A stretch of 64,000 bases of DNA from Patescibacteria group bacterium (GTDB lineage: Bacteria > Patescibacteriota > Microgenomatia > UBA10105 > UBA927): the NCBI GenBank assembly GCA_023379025.1, contig JAMCTH010000005.1, positions 20,663 through 84,662 of the forward strand, given 5' to 3'. Position 1 is the stretch's first letter. Each line of letters begins with the position of its first letter. The notes under the pieces are model-generated. The model was given only the letters and a program-made list of their open reading frames with translations. It was not told the DNA's origin and did not search any database. This document shows positions 17,531 through 27,947 of this stretch, one piece after another. The position numbers and the translations under genes were made by a program.

Positions 17531-18297
17531 AATTCAGGCGGTTCGCCGGCCGCCCCGGAGTGCCAGAGAAGATAAAGTTTTGCCCGGGTCAGAAACGAAT
17601 GAAAGCTCATCATGAGCGCGAGCACCATACCTGCCGTTCCGTCCAGAAAGCCCATACGGAAGAGGTAGTTCCGGAGAAACTTGGCAGCGGGCTTGGCTAC
17701 GATATACCAGGACGGCTCATGGATGCCCTGTGATTTGAGATACCGCGCATACTCCGTCGTATACCGGTTTATTTCTGATATAAATTGTGCGACGTCTGAG
17801 TGGGGATAGTGCGTGAGCGGATTCCGGAACGATCCGACCTGTCCGCGGATCTTCCAGACTTCGTGTACCGGGCGCTCCCACTCCCCGAATCCCATTCTTC
17901 CGAGGCGGACCAGTCTAATGCACGCTGTTTCTCCGTGCCGGAGCCATCCCCCACCCCACCAGTCGGTTCTGTGAAAAAAATACCCGGCAGTCACCTTGTC
18001 CGCAGCTTCAAGCTCCTCCTGTATTTCACGGGCCAATTGGGGCGTCACAACCTCATCGCTGTCAACAAACAATATCCACTCCCCTTTTGCTTTTGAGAGC
18101 CCGAAATTCCGCTGCGCGGCAAAATCGTGGCCGAGCTCGTGGGTCAGGACCTGTGCGCCTTCTTCCCCGGCTATTACCCGTGTCCGGTCCTCCGAACGGT
18201 CATCGATGACGATGCGCTCGCCGCACCATGCGAGGCTTTTAAGGCAGGTCCTGATGCGCTCCTCGTCATTATGGGTGAGTACGACCGCTGAGATCAT
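17527..18297 (-). CDS. GT2 glycosyltransferase
   Basis: SAVVLTHN, IDDRSEDRT, QRNFGL, VDSDE, VHE. Confidence 0.9.
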   Translation of the reverse strand: MISAVVLTHNDEERIRTCLKSLAWCGERIVIDDRSEDRTRVIAGEEGAQVLTHELGHDFAAQRNFGLSKAKGEWILFVDSDEVVTPQLAREIQEELEAADKVTAGYFFHRTDWWGGGWLRHGETACIRLVRLGRMGFGEWERPVHEVWKIRGQVGSFRNPLTHYPHSDVAQFISEINRYTTEYARYLKSQGIHEPSWYIVAKPAAKFLRNYLFRMGFLDGTAGMVLALMMSFHSFLTRAKLYLLWHSGAAGEPPEL

Positions 18298-18318
18298 TTG
18301 GTATAATTCTAGCACACC

Positions 18319-19425
18319 ATGAGGAGCATTCCGGTTTTTTTGTGCATCTTCCTCCTGTATCTTGGCGGGTTTCTGGCCCACAGTCTGTATCTTGGTAAAA
18401 CCGTCTACGGCGACGGGATTTTTTACTTTTCATGGCTCCACGGCGTCCTCGTTCGTCACAGCATAAACTTTACTCCGGAATACGCGCATTTCGGCGTATC
18501 CCAGCCGTTAACTTCTGCGGGTCTGCCGGGCAATAAGTATTCTGTGGGTCCGGCGATGTTCTGGGCTCCCGGATATATCCCGATGCTGTCTCTCCTCGGG
18601 GGGTCGGGCTACGGGCTCCCGTATCAGATCATGATCGGGGGGGTGAGCGTCCTCTCTGCGCTCTTCGGCCTGGTGCTCCTGTACCGTTTGCTCCTCCGGT
18701 ATGTATCCGACAGGGCCGCGAAGCTTGGTATCCTGGGTATTGCCTTTGCCACGAACCTATTGTATTACGGAGCGCTTGATCCGGTGAACTCGCATGCTTT
18801 GTCGTTTTTTGCGGTGTGCCTGTTTCTCAGCTTTCTTGCCGCCGAACGGAAACAGTGGTTTTTGATCGGCATATCCCTCGGCCTCGTAGCCCTGATCCGG
18901 CCGCAGGACGCCGTGGTCGGGCTCGTTGCCCTCCCGTATCTCCGGCCGAACGCATGGGTTCGCTTTCTTGGCGGAGCATTGACGGGGTTTCTCCCGGAAC
19001 TTCTGGCGTGGCTTGCACTCTACGGGTCGTTCGTGAGTCCGTATCTCGGACGGGGTGAAGGGTTTACCTTCCTCCATCCCCATATCATCGAGGTGCTGTT
19101 TGCGCCGTGGTACGGCCTCTTTTTCTTCTCGCCGATACTCCTCGTCGGCGCCGCCGGATTGTGGCGCCACAGGGAACGGTATGTTTATCTTCTCGTACCC
19201 GCTGCCGCAGTTTACCTCATAGCATCCTGGTCCACCTGGTGGCAGGGAGCAAGTGTCGGAAGCCGCATGATGATCGGGACACTGCCGCTTTTTGCCATAG
19301 GGCTTGGTATATCCTTTGAACAACTCCTCAAACGTATGTCAACCCGGATACTCGTCCTTGTTCTTCTCGCGCCCTTGTCCGTCCTCAATGTCCTTCTTAC
19401 CGCTTCCTACCTCGCACTGCACTGA
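18319..19425 (+). CDS. integral membrane GT-C-like glycosyltransferase (putative)
   Basis: Multi-TM; DG..Y first loop, IRPQD, WWQG.S.G.R; inside the glycan cluster. Confidence 0.65.
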   Translation: MRSIPVFLCIFLLYLGGFLAHSLYLGKTVYGDGIFYFSWLHGVLVRHSINFTPEYAHFGVSQPLTSAGLPGNKYSVGPAMFWAPGYIPMLSLLGGSGYGLPYQIMIGGVSVLSALFGLVLLYRLLLRYVSDRAAKLGILGIAFATNLLYYGALDPVNSHALSFFAVCLFLSFLAAERKQWFLIGISLGLVALIRPQDAVVGLVALPYLRPNAWVRFLGGALTGFLPELLAWLALYGSFVSPYLGRGEGFTFLHPHIIEVLFAPWYGLFFFSPILLVGAAGLWRHRERYVYLLVPAAAVYLIASWSTWWQGASVGSRMMIGTLPLFAIGLGISFEQLLKRMSTRILVLVLLAPLSVLNVLLTASYLALH

Positions 19426-19448
19426 TCCGGGGAGACAAGGAGCGCGCC

Positions 19449-20627
19449 CTACTCCGACAGTATGCGCCGGTACAAATCGGTAAGCTTGCCTGCGCCGATT
19501 GCGATGTCATGGACCCGGATCGCCCTTTTTCTCGCGAGGTCCCCCAAACGGATACGGAGAGGACGGTCGGTTATAAGCCGTTTGAGCTCACGGGAAAGTG
19601 AAGCGGTATCTCCCGGAGCGATCAGGATGCCTGCTTCGCCGATATTTTCCGGTATGCCGCCGCTTTTTGTTGTGATGATAGCAAGGCCCGAAGCCTGCGC
19701 CTCAAGGAGGCTCGTGTTGTATTGCTCCTCCCAGGTGGTCAGGCGTTTCCCTATACGGGAGACCACGCGCGGCTTACTCGGAGCAACAACTATGTCAGCC
19801 CCACGGTAGACATCGGGCATATCATCGTACGCATGATGTTCGTGGATGACCAGAGAGCCGAGACCGTGGCTTTGTTCAAACGCGGTCATCCGGGCCTGCT
19901 CCGTCCCGCCCCCGACAAATACCGCGCGGATAGCAGTGCCGGAAAGGTCCGGATCGTGCCTGAGGATAGTAAGGGCTTCCAGGATATCAAAAATCCCTTT
20001 GTACTCCTCAAGCCTGCCGACGAACAGTATTGTCACTGCGCGGGGATCCCTTTTCTTCACGCCGGGCGTAAAGCGTTTGGTATCGATGAAATGGCTTATG
20101 ACCGTGATCTTTCCCGGATTGGCGCCTTCTTCAACAAGCGCGTCCTTCGCTTTTGCGGTCAGTGCGATCATGTGGTCAAGCTCCCGGCGCGCCCGCGCTT
20201 TATACTGCTTCCTGCCGTGAATGCCTTCGTTGTTGTGCGGTATGGTTTCCAGTACGGTCGCGATTACCTTGCGGACGTAGCCTTTCCGTTTGGCATCAAG
20301 ACACTGCTGGGTATAGCGGTAATACGTTTCCGCCGTATGGACGAGGTCAAAGCCCTGCCTGCCGGCAGGCGGGCCTTTAAGTTTTTCTTCAAGACCCCAA
20401 AGGTAATGAGCATCAATAAAGAGTCTGTTCAGTATGGACATTTTATACGGAAATTCCGGCAGATCCATGGGAGAAGGCAGTTTGACCACGGGGAAAGCAA
20501 ACCGATTGTGATACGGAAAAAGTGATCCGAATGCCGTCACCCGGAAATCCCGGACGAGCGGCTCGAAAAACTGCATTTCGTAGCGGTTCAGAAACTTACC
20601 ACGGACAACGGCTATACTCGGTTTCAT
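19449..20627 (-). CDS. GT4 glycosyltransferase
   Basis: FVGRLEEYKG, EQYNTSLLEAQASG, GGIPE. Confidence 0.9.
   Translation of the reverse strand: MKPSIAVVRGKFLNRYEMQFFEPLVRDFRVTAFGSLFPYHNRFAFPVVKLPSPMDLPEFPYKMSILNRLFIDAHYLWGLEEKLKGPPAGRQGFDLVHTAETYYRYTQQCLDAKRKGYVRKVIATVLETIPHNNEGIHGRKQYKARARRELDHMIALTAKAKDALVEEGANPGKITVISHFIDTKRFTPGVKKRDPRAVTILFVGRLEEYKGIFDILEALTILRHDPDLSGTAIRAVFVGGGTEQARMTAFEQSHGLGSLVIHEHHAYDDMPDVYRGADIVVAPSKPRVVSRIGKRLTTWEEQYNTSLLEAQASGLAIITTKSGGIPENIGEAGILIAPGDTASLSRELKRLITDRPLRIRLGDLARKRAIRVHDIAIGAGKLTDLYRRILSE
20357..20370. repeat. palindrome gcctgccggcaggc in frame inside the GT4 gene
   Basis: Perfect 14-bp palindrome, core of the PPAGRQG segment. Confidence 0.75.
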
Positions 20628-21706
20628 AGGTGCTGTATTACGCGGAGAACGGACCGGGCGAATGTATCCCACCGGTACGCTTTCGCTTTAGCGAGCCCCG
20701 CGCGGATCATGCGCTCCCGCCGCTTTCGGTCGGAAGCCACGGCAGCAAGCGCCTGGGTAAGCGCTTCTCCGTCATCGGGGGGAACCAGTATACCTGCATC
20801 CCCCACCACTTCCGGCAGCGCGCCGGCGGTCGAGGCAATCACCGGACACCCCGAAGCCATGGCTTCTGCTGCAGGCAGGCAAAACCCTTCCCAGCGGGAC
20901 GGCGAGACCAGAGCTACGGCACCGCGGTAATAGGCCGGCAGATCCGTATCCGGTACAAACCCCAAAAGCTCCACCCGGCCAGCAAGACCGAGAAACGCTA
21001 TGGTCTTTTTAACTTCCGGATCTTCCCAGTAATCCCCGCCGGCGATCAACAGATCGCATGCCTTTCCGGTTTTCCGGAGAAACGCGGCAAAAGACCGGAG
21101 GACGAGGGGGATATTTTTCCCCCGCTTGACCGAGCCGACCGACAAAAAATACGGCCGTTTTGCGCGATACCCGGCGCCTTTGGGATGAAAGCGTTCATCG
21201 ACTCCGGGATACGCCGCAGTCACCCGGCTACCGTCGACGCCGTAGGTCCTCATGATATCATCGCGGGCGCTTTGGGAAATGGTCACGATATGCCCGGCCC
21301 GCGATATCACTTCGCGGGTCTGCCTGGTAAGCCGGTCCGATGAATCCGGATACGATTGCGGCGTATGGAGAAACCCCAGGTCATAGATAAACCCGATGCT
21401 TTTGGGGGCACCCGACGGCAGTGCCTGCGACAGACCCAAAAAACAGTCAACCGGCCGGAGCCGGAGTTCGAGGGGAAGACGGATACGGAACCAGCCGGTG
21501 GTCGGGCGAAGCACCCGCTCCTCCATACGGCTTCCGAATTCCTTTGTGATATTCCGATCCAGGGGGTCAAAAACATAGAGCCGGTAGATGTTTTCCCGGT
21601 CTAAAACGGCCAGATGTTTGAGAAGATTGACGCTGATCCGCCACACGCCGACCTTGAGCCGTGCATCGGCAATGGACAAGGCGCCTGCATCAACCCCGAT
21701 GATCAT
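20624..21706 (-). CDS. GT4 glycosyltransferase
   Basis: VGSVKRGKN, EGFCLPAAEAMASG; ATGA-coupled to the next gene. Confidence 0.92.
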   Translation of the reverse strand: MIIGVDAGALSIADARLKVGVWRISVNLLKHLAVLDRENIYRLYVFDPLDRNITKEFGSRMEERVLRPTTGWFRIRLPLELRLRPVDCFLGLSQALPSGAPKSIGFIYDLGFLHTPQSYPDSSDRLTRQTREVISRAGHIVTISQSARDDIMRTYGVDGSRVTAAYPGVDERFHPKGAGYRAKRPYFLSVGSVKRGKNIPLVLRSFAAFLRKTGKACDLLIAGGDYWEDPEVKKTIAFLGLAGRVELLGFVPDTDLPAYYRGAVALVSPSRWEGFCLPAAEAMASGCPVIASTAGALPEVVGDAGILVPPDDGEALTQALAAVASDRKRRERMIRAGLAKAKAYRWDTFARSVLRVIQHL

Positions 21707-22440
21707 GAACGGCCTCCGTATGGGCCGAATTTCCGGACGGCAAAATCCTTTATCCCGTTGAGTTTCCCGATGTTCCCGCCCCAGTATGCTTCAGCAAGCG
21801 TCCTCGGCATGCGCAGGAACTCATGCAGTTTGACTCCCGTCGGCGCCAGGCGTTCGACAAACAGAAGATGGTTTCGCGCCAGATAATACTCATGGTAAAA
21901 GGATCCCGGGGAAAACGTGCCCGCATCCTGGTGCCGGATACCGGTACCGGGAATGCGGGTAAGCGGATATCCGCGCAGTCTTGCCCGGACGGAGTAATCG
22001 GCATCTTCGTAGTACATGAAGTACGGCTCGTACAAAAGTCCGATGTCGCGGATAACGTCGCGGTGCAGCGCCATGCAGGAACCGGAAATATAGTCGGGAT
22101 TGTTTTCTCCGTTCCCGAGCTTCGCCGTCCAGCGAAGCCTGTCAAACGTACCTCCGAACGGTCCGGCGATGCCCGGAGCTACGGAGCCGAGACCCGAAAC
22201 AAGATGCCGCACGGCTTTTTCCGTAACCGTAAGGTCCTGGTTCAGGACTACCACCCAGGAAGCGCCCCCGGCAAGACAACCCGGGATCGCGGCATTGGCC
22301 GCTCCTCCATACCCGCGGTTTCTTTTGTCGGAATTTTCTTCGATCGTGACCGGATACCCGGAAAGGCATTGTTTGAGGAGCCGAAGGGTCTTCAGCTCGG
22401 GTTTATACGTCACGATCACAAAACAAACATCCTGTTTCAT
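21703..22440 (-). CDS. GT2 glycosyltransferase (rhamnosyltransferase-like)
   Basis: VIVTY, NRGYGGAAN, LNQD, YFMYYEDADYS. Confidence 0.88.
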   Translation of the reverse strand: MKQDVCFVIVTYKPELKTLRLLKQCLSGYPVTIEENSDKRNRGYGGAANAAIPGCLAGGASWVVVLNQDLTVTEKAVRHLVSGLGSVAPGIAGPFGGTFDRLRWTAKLGNGENNPDYISGSCMALHRDVIRDIGLLYEPYFMYYEDADYSVRARLRGYPLTRIPGTGIRHQDAGTFSPGSFYHEYYLARNHLLFVERLAPTGVKLHEFLRMPRTLAEAYWGGNIGKLNGIKDFAVRKFGPYGGRS

Positions 22441-23867
22441 AAGCCGTTCCGTTTCATGAGCCAGCCATACACCGGCAGCGGCGCGATTTCCGTATAGTGA
22501 CTCATGATGTAAGCCCCGACTATGACGGGATAGTAATCGTCATAGTAGGACCTCTCTCTATGATACGGAATATACGCAACATAAGGAACCTTTGCCCGAT
22601 CAAAAGAGCGGACGAGCGCTTCCTGGACACCGGGGATTTTGGCGTTCCAGGGAAAAAGCGGCGTCCACGGGAGGATGCGCGGCGTCTCGTTGAGGAACAT
22701 ATAGATATCGTCAAAGTTCCCGAAGACAAACAATGGCTTACCACGGGTCTCCCGCGCAAGAAACGATCCGAGCTGCCGGTATTCCGGACCGAAGAATGTA
22801 CTGGCGGATGCCTGCCGCTCCCGGAACTTTACTGCGCTATGCGCAGCGCCGATGAGGACGAGTACCATAACGGGAAGAACAAGCCGCCGCTTTCCCGAGC
22901 GGAGGAAAAAACCCGTGGCCAGGGCGGCAAACGCAAGTGAAGGCACTATACGGATCGCGCCCCACCGGGGAAGTCCTGCCATGAAAAGCGACACGGCAAA
23001 AAGCACGGTCAGGACCGCCGAAGCATCCGGGCGCTTCCTCTTTTTCACGAACCACCATGCGAGGACGGAAAGCGGTATAAAAGCCGGCGCGATAAGAGCA
23101 ACATCACCGGGGCTCGGCGGCAGGATGTAATCATAGCCGGGTCGGGTGAGAAGGAGCGGAAACCGGAATACCCAGAAAAAGAACTGCCCGCCGGCGCCCT
23201 GCACGGCAAAATAGAGCCACGTCGCAACAACGCCCATGACCGGCAGCGAGAGAAAAAGAGCCGCGCTTCCCAGTGCGCGGGGCAGATTTCGACGCTCGTT
23301 CCCTACGAGAAACAGAACGGAAAACAGAAGCGGCCAGAACGCGGTCTGCTTTATGAGGACAGCCACGGCAAACGCCGCACTCCCTGCAAGGAGAGACCGT
23401 GTTGCAAGATCTCTTCTTGCAACGCAGAGCCGGGTATACCCGTACACACCAGAGAACCCCAGAAGGTAAAACGGCAGGAGGATGGTTTCATACCAGATGC
23501 CGTTCCCGTCGAATATCGGCTGCCAGAAGATGAAAAACAAAAGCACTATACAGGCCAGGAACGTGCCTTTCAGAAGTTTTCCCGCGATAACAAAGAGCAT
23601 CGCGTCGGACAAAAGGATAAAGCCGTATGCAACTACTTTGAGTGATGCCGGTGTAAACCCCAGAAACCGATAGAGGGCATAAAGGATATAGTACGCTCCG
23701 GGTACGTACGCGAGGACCACGTCTCGGTAGTAGAGCATGCCTTTCGTGAGAAACCAGGGGTAAAAAAGCATCTCCGGCCAGTCCGTGAAATGCGTATGCA
23801 GAAGATACGCAAGGTGGAGTATCAGAAGTCCGGCAAGCAGCGCATACGGTACTATCTTTTTCTCCAT
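22437..23867 (-). CDS. multi-TM GT-C-like membrane protein
   Basis: About 11 TM; YRD...Y.PG first loop; KQ motif. Start moved to MEKK. Confidence 0.65.
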   Translation of the reverse strand: MEKKIVPYALLAGLLILHLAYLLHTHFTDWPEMLFYPWFLTKGMLYYRDVVLAYVPGAYYILYALYRFLGFTPASLKVVAYGFILLSDAMLFVIAGKLLKGTFLACIVLLFFIFWQPIFDGNGIWYETILLPFYLLGFSGVYGYTRLCVARRDLATRSLLAGSAAFAVAVLIKQTAFWPLLFSVLFLVGNERRNLPRALGSAALFLSLPVMGVVATWLYFAVQGAGGQFFFWVFRFPLLLTRPGYDYILPPSPGDVALIAPAFIPLSVLAWWFVKKRKRPDASAVLTVLFAVSLFMAGLPRWGAIRIVPSLAFAALATGFFLRSGKRRLVLPVMVLVLIGAAHSAVKFRERQASASTFFGPEYRQLGSFLARETRGKPLFVFGNFDDIYMFLNETPRILPWTPLFPWNAKIPGVQEALVRSFDRAKVPYVAYIPYHRERSYYDDYYPVIVGAYIMSHYTEIAPLPVYGWLMKRNGL

Positions 23868-24610
23868 AGGATTCGGAAGAGGAGAAACACATAGGTCATC
23901 TCTTCCATGTAGGCAAATGCCAGAGCCAAAACCAGACCTCTCCACCCGTCCCGATAACCTTTATCTTTTATAAACCGGGCATAGAACATGTGGGGAGAAT
24001 AAAGAAAAAACTTCTTGAGAGATAACCTTTCTTTTGAAATAACCATTTCACTAGCTCTTAATTTAGCGTAATAAGTAAACTTTGTGAAAACTTGTAATAG
24101 GGTTCTATACGAATAATGGAATATAACACTTTTTAGAGTGCCCAGATTTCCTTCAGCATTTATTTCTTCGTGCACTGCGGATTTTGTTGATCTGCCTCTA
24201 TCTCTTCTAAACAATCTAATCAAGGAATAACTCTCTCCGCCCCAATTTATCTTCTGTCCAAAAGCATATTTTAGATGAGGAATCCAGTATGCAACAATTC
24301 TATTTCTAACTCGATTGTTACAAACTTGTGTTAGTTCCTCTCTAAGATGAGGCGATATTCGCTCATCACTATCTAGTATCAAAATCCACTTCCCTTTTGC
24401 TTTTTCGATAAGCCACTGCTTCCTTTCACCCAAAGTTATTTTCCCCGAATGAAGTACAGTGCCGCCATATCGTGTTACGAGACTAACTGTTTCATCGGTA
24501 CTCCCGTCATCGTCTACTAACAACTCATCCCACAGACCGGTGATGCTTTTAAGTGCATCCTCAAGGACATCTCCGGCATTTTTGGTAACCATCAGGATCG
24601 AAAGTTTCAC
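23852..24610 (-). CDS. GT2 glycosyltransferase
   Basis: GTG start; DDGSTDET, LDSDER, VHE; resembles 17527..18297. Confidence 0.88.
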   Translation of the reverse strand: MKLSILMVTKNAGDVLEDALKSITGLWDELLVDDDGSTDETVSLVTRYGGTVLHSGKITLGERKQWLIEKAKGKWILILDSDERISPHLREELTQVCNNRVRNRIVAYWIPHLKYAFGQKINWGGESYSLIRLFRRDRGRSTKSAVHEEINAEGNLGTLKSVIFHYSYRTLLQVFTKFTYYAKLRASEMVISKERLSLKKFFLYSPHMFYARFIKDKGYRDGWRGLVLALAFAYMEEMTYVFLLFRILWRKR

Positions 24611-24820
24611 AGATTTGTGAGATATCTCATCGACAAAGAATTTCTCTTATGCTTTTATACATGTAATGACCATCCCTGCCCATAGGATTTTTCACAGTGT
24701 AGTCCAACCATACTGCAAACCGCAAGGTTTGTATTCTTCACATTTCCCCCTTTGTTCAACCTGTTATTTCAGTCGAAACATCGCCCGGACAAGTAAGAGA
24801 AACAAAAATCATACCCGTTC

Positions 24821-26833
24821 ATGAAAAGGTATTTAAGTATACTTATAATCCTTTTTGTTCTGTTGGGTTTTCCGCAGCCTGCCCGGGCAGCAGTAATTTT
24901 CTCTGATTCCTTTTCCGGCGGTTATAATTCCTCATGGTATATACCTGATGGTACGATTTCCCCTATCTCATCAACTCATGGTATTACAGCAGCCAATGTA
25001 ACTAACCCATGGAGCGCAATTGCCTTTCCTTTGACTAGTAACCAAACCTACGATATTAGCTTCGATCTTTGGATAAATTCAACAAATCTTAACAGCGCAT
25101 GGGGTGGCGGTATAAATGATAATAGTGGCCATTGGAAAGGTTTTGGAAACTGGGTGGGGACTGGTAACTTGGGGTATGACAATTACCTACAAATTCATGA
25201 CTCAGAACGCGCTGAAAGTATGGTTGTCTGGGACCATAGTCTAGGACTTCACCATCTCGAATTCGTTATTTCTCCAATTGGAGGTACAAATTTTATCGCG
25301 ATCGAGGATGGTAAGGAACTAACATCGCTAACCACTAACGCCAACTTTAATATTACGGCAACTACGGTCTCCTTTTTTGGTCATGGCGATTACGAAATGG
25401 CAAACTTTGTGCTCTCTACTTATGAAGAGCCGACTCCAACACCTACCCCGACCCCCACCCCGACCCCCGAACCCACGGCGACTCCCACCCCCGAACCGAC
25501 ACCGACGCCGACACCGGAACCGACCCCCACCCCCGTCCCTACGGCAACACCTACGCCGGAAGCAACTCCGACCCCCACCCCGACCCCGCCGCAGAAAATC
25601 GTTGTGATCCCCGGGCTCGGGGCGAGCTGGAATGCCGATGCAATACTCTCCTGCACATTTTCTCCCGATGAAAGCTGGACCATGAATCCGCTCGCTGAAA
25701 TCATATATACACCGCTTATGCAGAGGCTTTCCGATGCCGGCTATGACGTCATCCCGTTTTACTACGACTGGCGGAAATCCGTTCCCGAACACGCAGCCTC
25801 TCTCCAGAACCTGATCCGGAGCCGCTTATCAGCCAATGAGCTCATCGACATCGTCGGGCATAGCATGGGAGGCCTGGTCGGCCGGGCATATCTGGAAGCA
25901 TATCCCCAAACGCACGGCATCGGTAAGCTCCTGACCGTCGGAACGCCGCACCGCGGCACTGCCCTCGCCTACCCTGCCTGGTCCGGCGGCGAGGTGTGGG
26001 GAGACCTGTTATGGAAATTTTCCGCAACCGCGATACTCAAGCACTGCGGTGGGTTCGTGTCTGATCGGAGGGAGACGCTCCAAACTATCATGCCCGCTGC
26101 GGCGAACCTTCTTCCGACCACGGACTATCTCCGTGACCGTAAAACCAAAACCATGCTGCCGCTCGGGACTATGTCCGCACAAAACACCTGGCTTCCGACT
26201 GCGGGTTTTTCCCCTCCGTTTAACGGCGCTTCCGTCGGCACCATGGCCGGCACCGGCTTCTCCACACTCCGGAATATCGACGTCCAGAAACCGACGAAGC
26301 GCGATGTGCGGCTCGGCAACTGGCTCGACGGCAAACCCGCAGGCAAAGAATACGATACCGCCGGCGACGGCACCATTCTGGCAACAAGCGCCTTAGTGGA
26401 AGGTACGACCCAGATCACGATACCGCAAACGCATTCCGGCCTTATCACGTCTGCGGAAGGTAAAGAGGCAATTGTCGGATTTTTCTCGGGTCTCGCACCC
26501 GAGACACTCAGAAAACCGCTCCTGGGAGAACCTTCCTCACTGCCGCCGGAAACCGCGCTCGTCGTCATCGCCCATCCATCCATGTTCTGGCTTTTTGATG
26601 CAAACGGCGCCGCAATCCGCGACCAGGATGGTATGGCTGCTGTGGTAAACCCGAAAAACGGAACATACCGGCTCCTCATATTTCCGAAGGGAGCCAAGAC
26701 GACCCTTATCGTCGGACAGTTCCTTGCAAACGACCGGATACTCTGGAAGGAATACACCCTCAAGAACCAGCTTCCCAAATACCGCGTCATCCGCTTCAAC
26801 GACAAAACGCCCAAAGAGAACGCCGTAGAATAA
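24821..26833 (+). CDS. secreted alpha/beta hydrolase (lipase/acyltransferase-like) with N-terminal beta domain and Pro-Thr linker
   Basis: Signal peptide ending ARA; VVIPG, YDWR, GHSMGG, GTPHRG, GDGTI, H. Confidence 0.85.
   Translation: MKRYLSILIILFVLLGFPQPARAAVIFSDSFSGGYNSSWYIPDGTISPISSTHGITAANVTNPWSAIAFPLTSNQTYDISFDLWINSTNLNSAWGGGINDNSGHWKGFGNWVGTGNLGYDNYLQIHDSERAESMVVWDHSLGLHHLEFVISPIGGTNFIAIEDGKELTSLTTNANFNITATTVSFFGHGDYEMANFVLSTYEEPTPTPTPTPTPTPEPTATPTPEPTPTPTPEPTPTPVPTATPTPEATPTPTPTPPQKIVVIPGLGASWNADAILSCTFSPDESWTMNPLAEIIYTPLMQRLSDAGYDVIPFYYDWRKSVPEHAASLQNLIRSRLSANELIDIVGHSMGGLVGRAYLEAYPQTHGIGKLLTVGTPHRGTALAYPAWSGGEVWGDLLWKFSATAILKHCGGFVSDRRETLQTIMPAAANLLPTTDYLRDRKTKTMLPLGTMSAQNTWLPTAGFSPPFNGASVGTMAGTGFSTLRNIDVQKPTKRDVRLGNWLDGKPAGKEYDTAGDGTILATSALVEGTTQITIPQTHSGLITSAEGKEAIVGFFSGLAPETLRKPLLGEPSSLPPETALVVIAHPSMFWLFDANGAAIRDQDGMAAVVNPKNGTYRLLIFPKGAKTTLIVGQFLANDRILWKEYTLKNQLPKYRVIRFNDKTPKENAVE
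25430..25591 (+). repeat. coding (PT)n/PTPE low-complexity linker
   Basis: About 54 codons of [12 protein letters not shown]... Confidence 0.9.
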
Positions 26834-26901
26834 CGGACCTGCCCGATCGCACGATTGTCCTTGCCGGACTTCCCGACACCGGTCTCCGATAGTTCCCGGG
26901 C

Positions 26902-27640
26902 CTAGAGTGCGGGAGAGAAACCCCCAAAATCCAAATCTTGAGAAGTATTTCTTAGTGGTACATTCGGTTTTCCCCGGTCGGCGTTTCGTTTACCGACAAA
27001 CAGACGATCATCTCCGCGATCAGCAAAGTGATAGTACGTATGCCACGCATCATCAAAGTATATGGCAATCTTTGATCCATGATCCTCATCCTGCAATCGA
27101 TCCAGCTCACCATTCATACCAAGTGTGGGTCTCATAAATACTTAACTCGCATCGTACAGATATTTTGCAGTTCCGGATCAAATATGGCAGCGAGAGTGAT
27201 AATTCTTTTGGAAAACTGTTATGCATCCAGAGTAAGGCGTGTGCAAATCGATCAAGTTTCCGATTGTACCATATCCTATCGGTCTCTAAATGTGCATCTG
27301 TAATCCTGATCGCCGACATTTCACCGAAAATTTGACCGAATACGGAGGAATACATATATGGAGGTATTGAGTCTCCCTGAACAAACGGAGTTATCTCAAA
27401 ACCCTGACATTCCGGAAAATTTTCGAGCTCAACGTGCTCGGGCAGCTCTCGGCGATGCAGGCCGTGATCCCTGTCATGCGGAAACAACATTCCGGGTGAT
27501 CGTCAATGTCAGCTCCGGTACGGCACGTATGAACCTTCCGGACATGAGCGCCTACGCGGGTACCAAACGCATGGTAGCTGCCCTTTCCCTTGCCGCGCGC
27601 GAAGAACTCGAAAAACGACGGCATCACTGTCCCCGTCATG
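26902..27640 (-). pseudogene. probable frameshifted hypothetical gene (three overlapping ORFs)
   Basis: RBS-like GGAGGGG and ATG near 27640; overlapping same-strand ORFs 27391..27681, 27107..27490, 26902..27135. Confidence 0.35.
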
Positions 27641-27705
27641 TACCCCTCCATGACCCGGACAAATTTCGAAAAAAATACCATAAAGACAGGCGTCCGGGTA
27701 GGGGT

Positions 27706-27879
27706 TCACTTTCCCCACACAAACGAACCGAGGACACCGAGAACGGTAACGATGATGCCGACCGTTGCGCCGAGGTCATAGACGGACTTGAACACGGCGC
27801 AAATGAGAAGTCCCAACCCTATACCGGTGACGACATAGACCAGTGCATACGGTTTGGTATACTCACGAAATTTTTGCAT
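27706..27879 (-). CDS. small two-TM membrane protein (57 aa)
   Basis: TGTTACACT -10, GAGGAGG RBS, MQKFREY...; the track start runs through tRNA-Val. Confidence 0.7.
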   Translation of the reverse strand: MQKFREYTKPYALVYVVTGIGLGLLICAVFKSVYDLGATVGIIVTVLGVLGSFVWGK

Positions 27880-27947
27880 ACTGTTTCCTCCTCTTCCCCA
27901 GTGTAACAGACACGGAAAACGAACGGATTCGCCGAACGATCGGATAG

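Noticed and set aside
24714-24733. Hairpin tgcaaacc-gcaa-ggtttgta as a c-di-GMP-I riboswitch
   Set aside because: Only one GNRA hairpin; the second stem and conserved junction are not evident.
25430-25591. PT repeat as a CRISPR or mobile repeat; antisense GV-rich ORF 25420..25704
   Set aside because: Synonymously varied coding linker and its mirror image.
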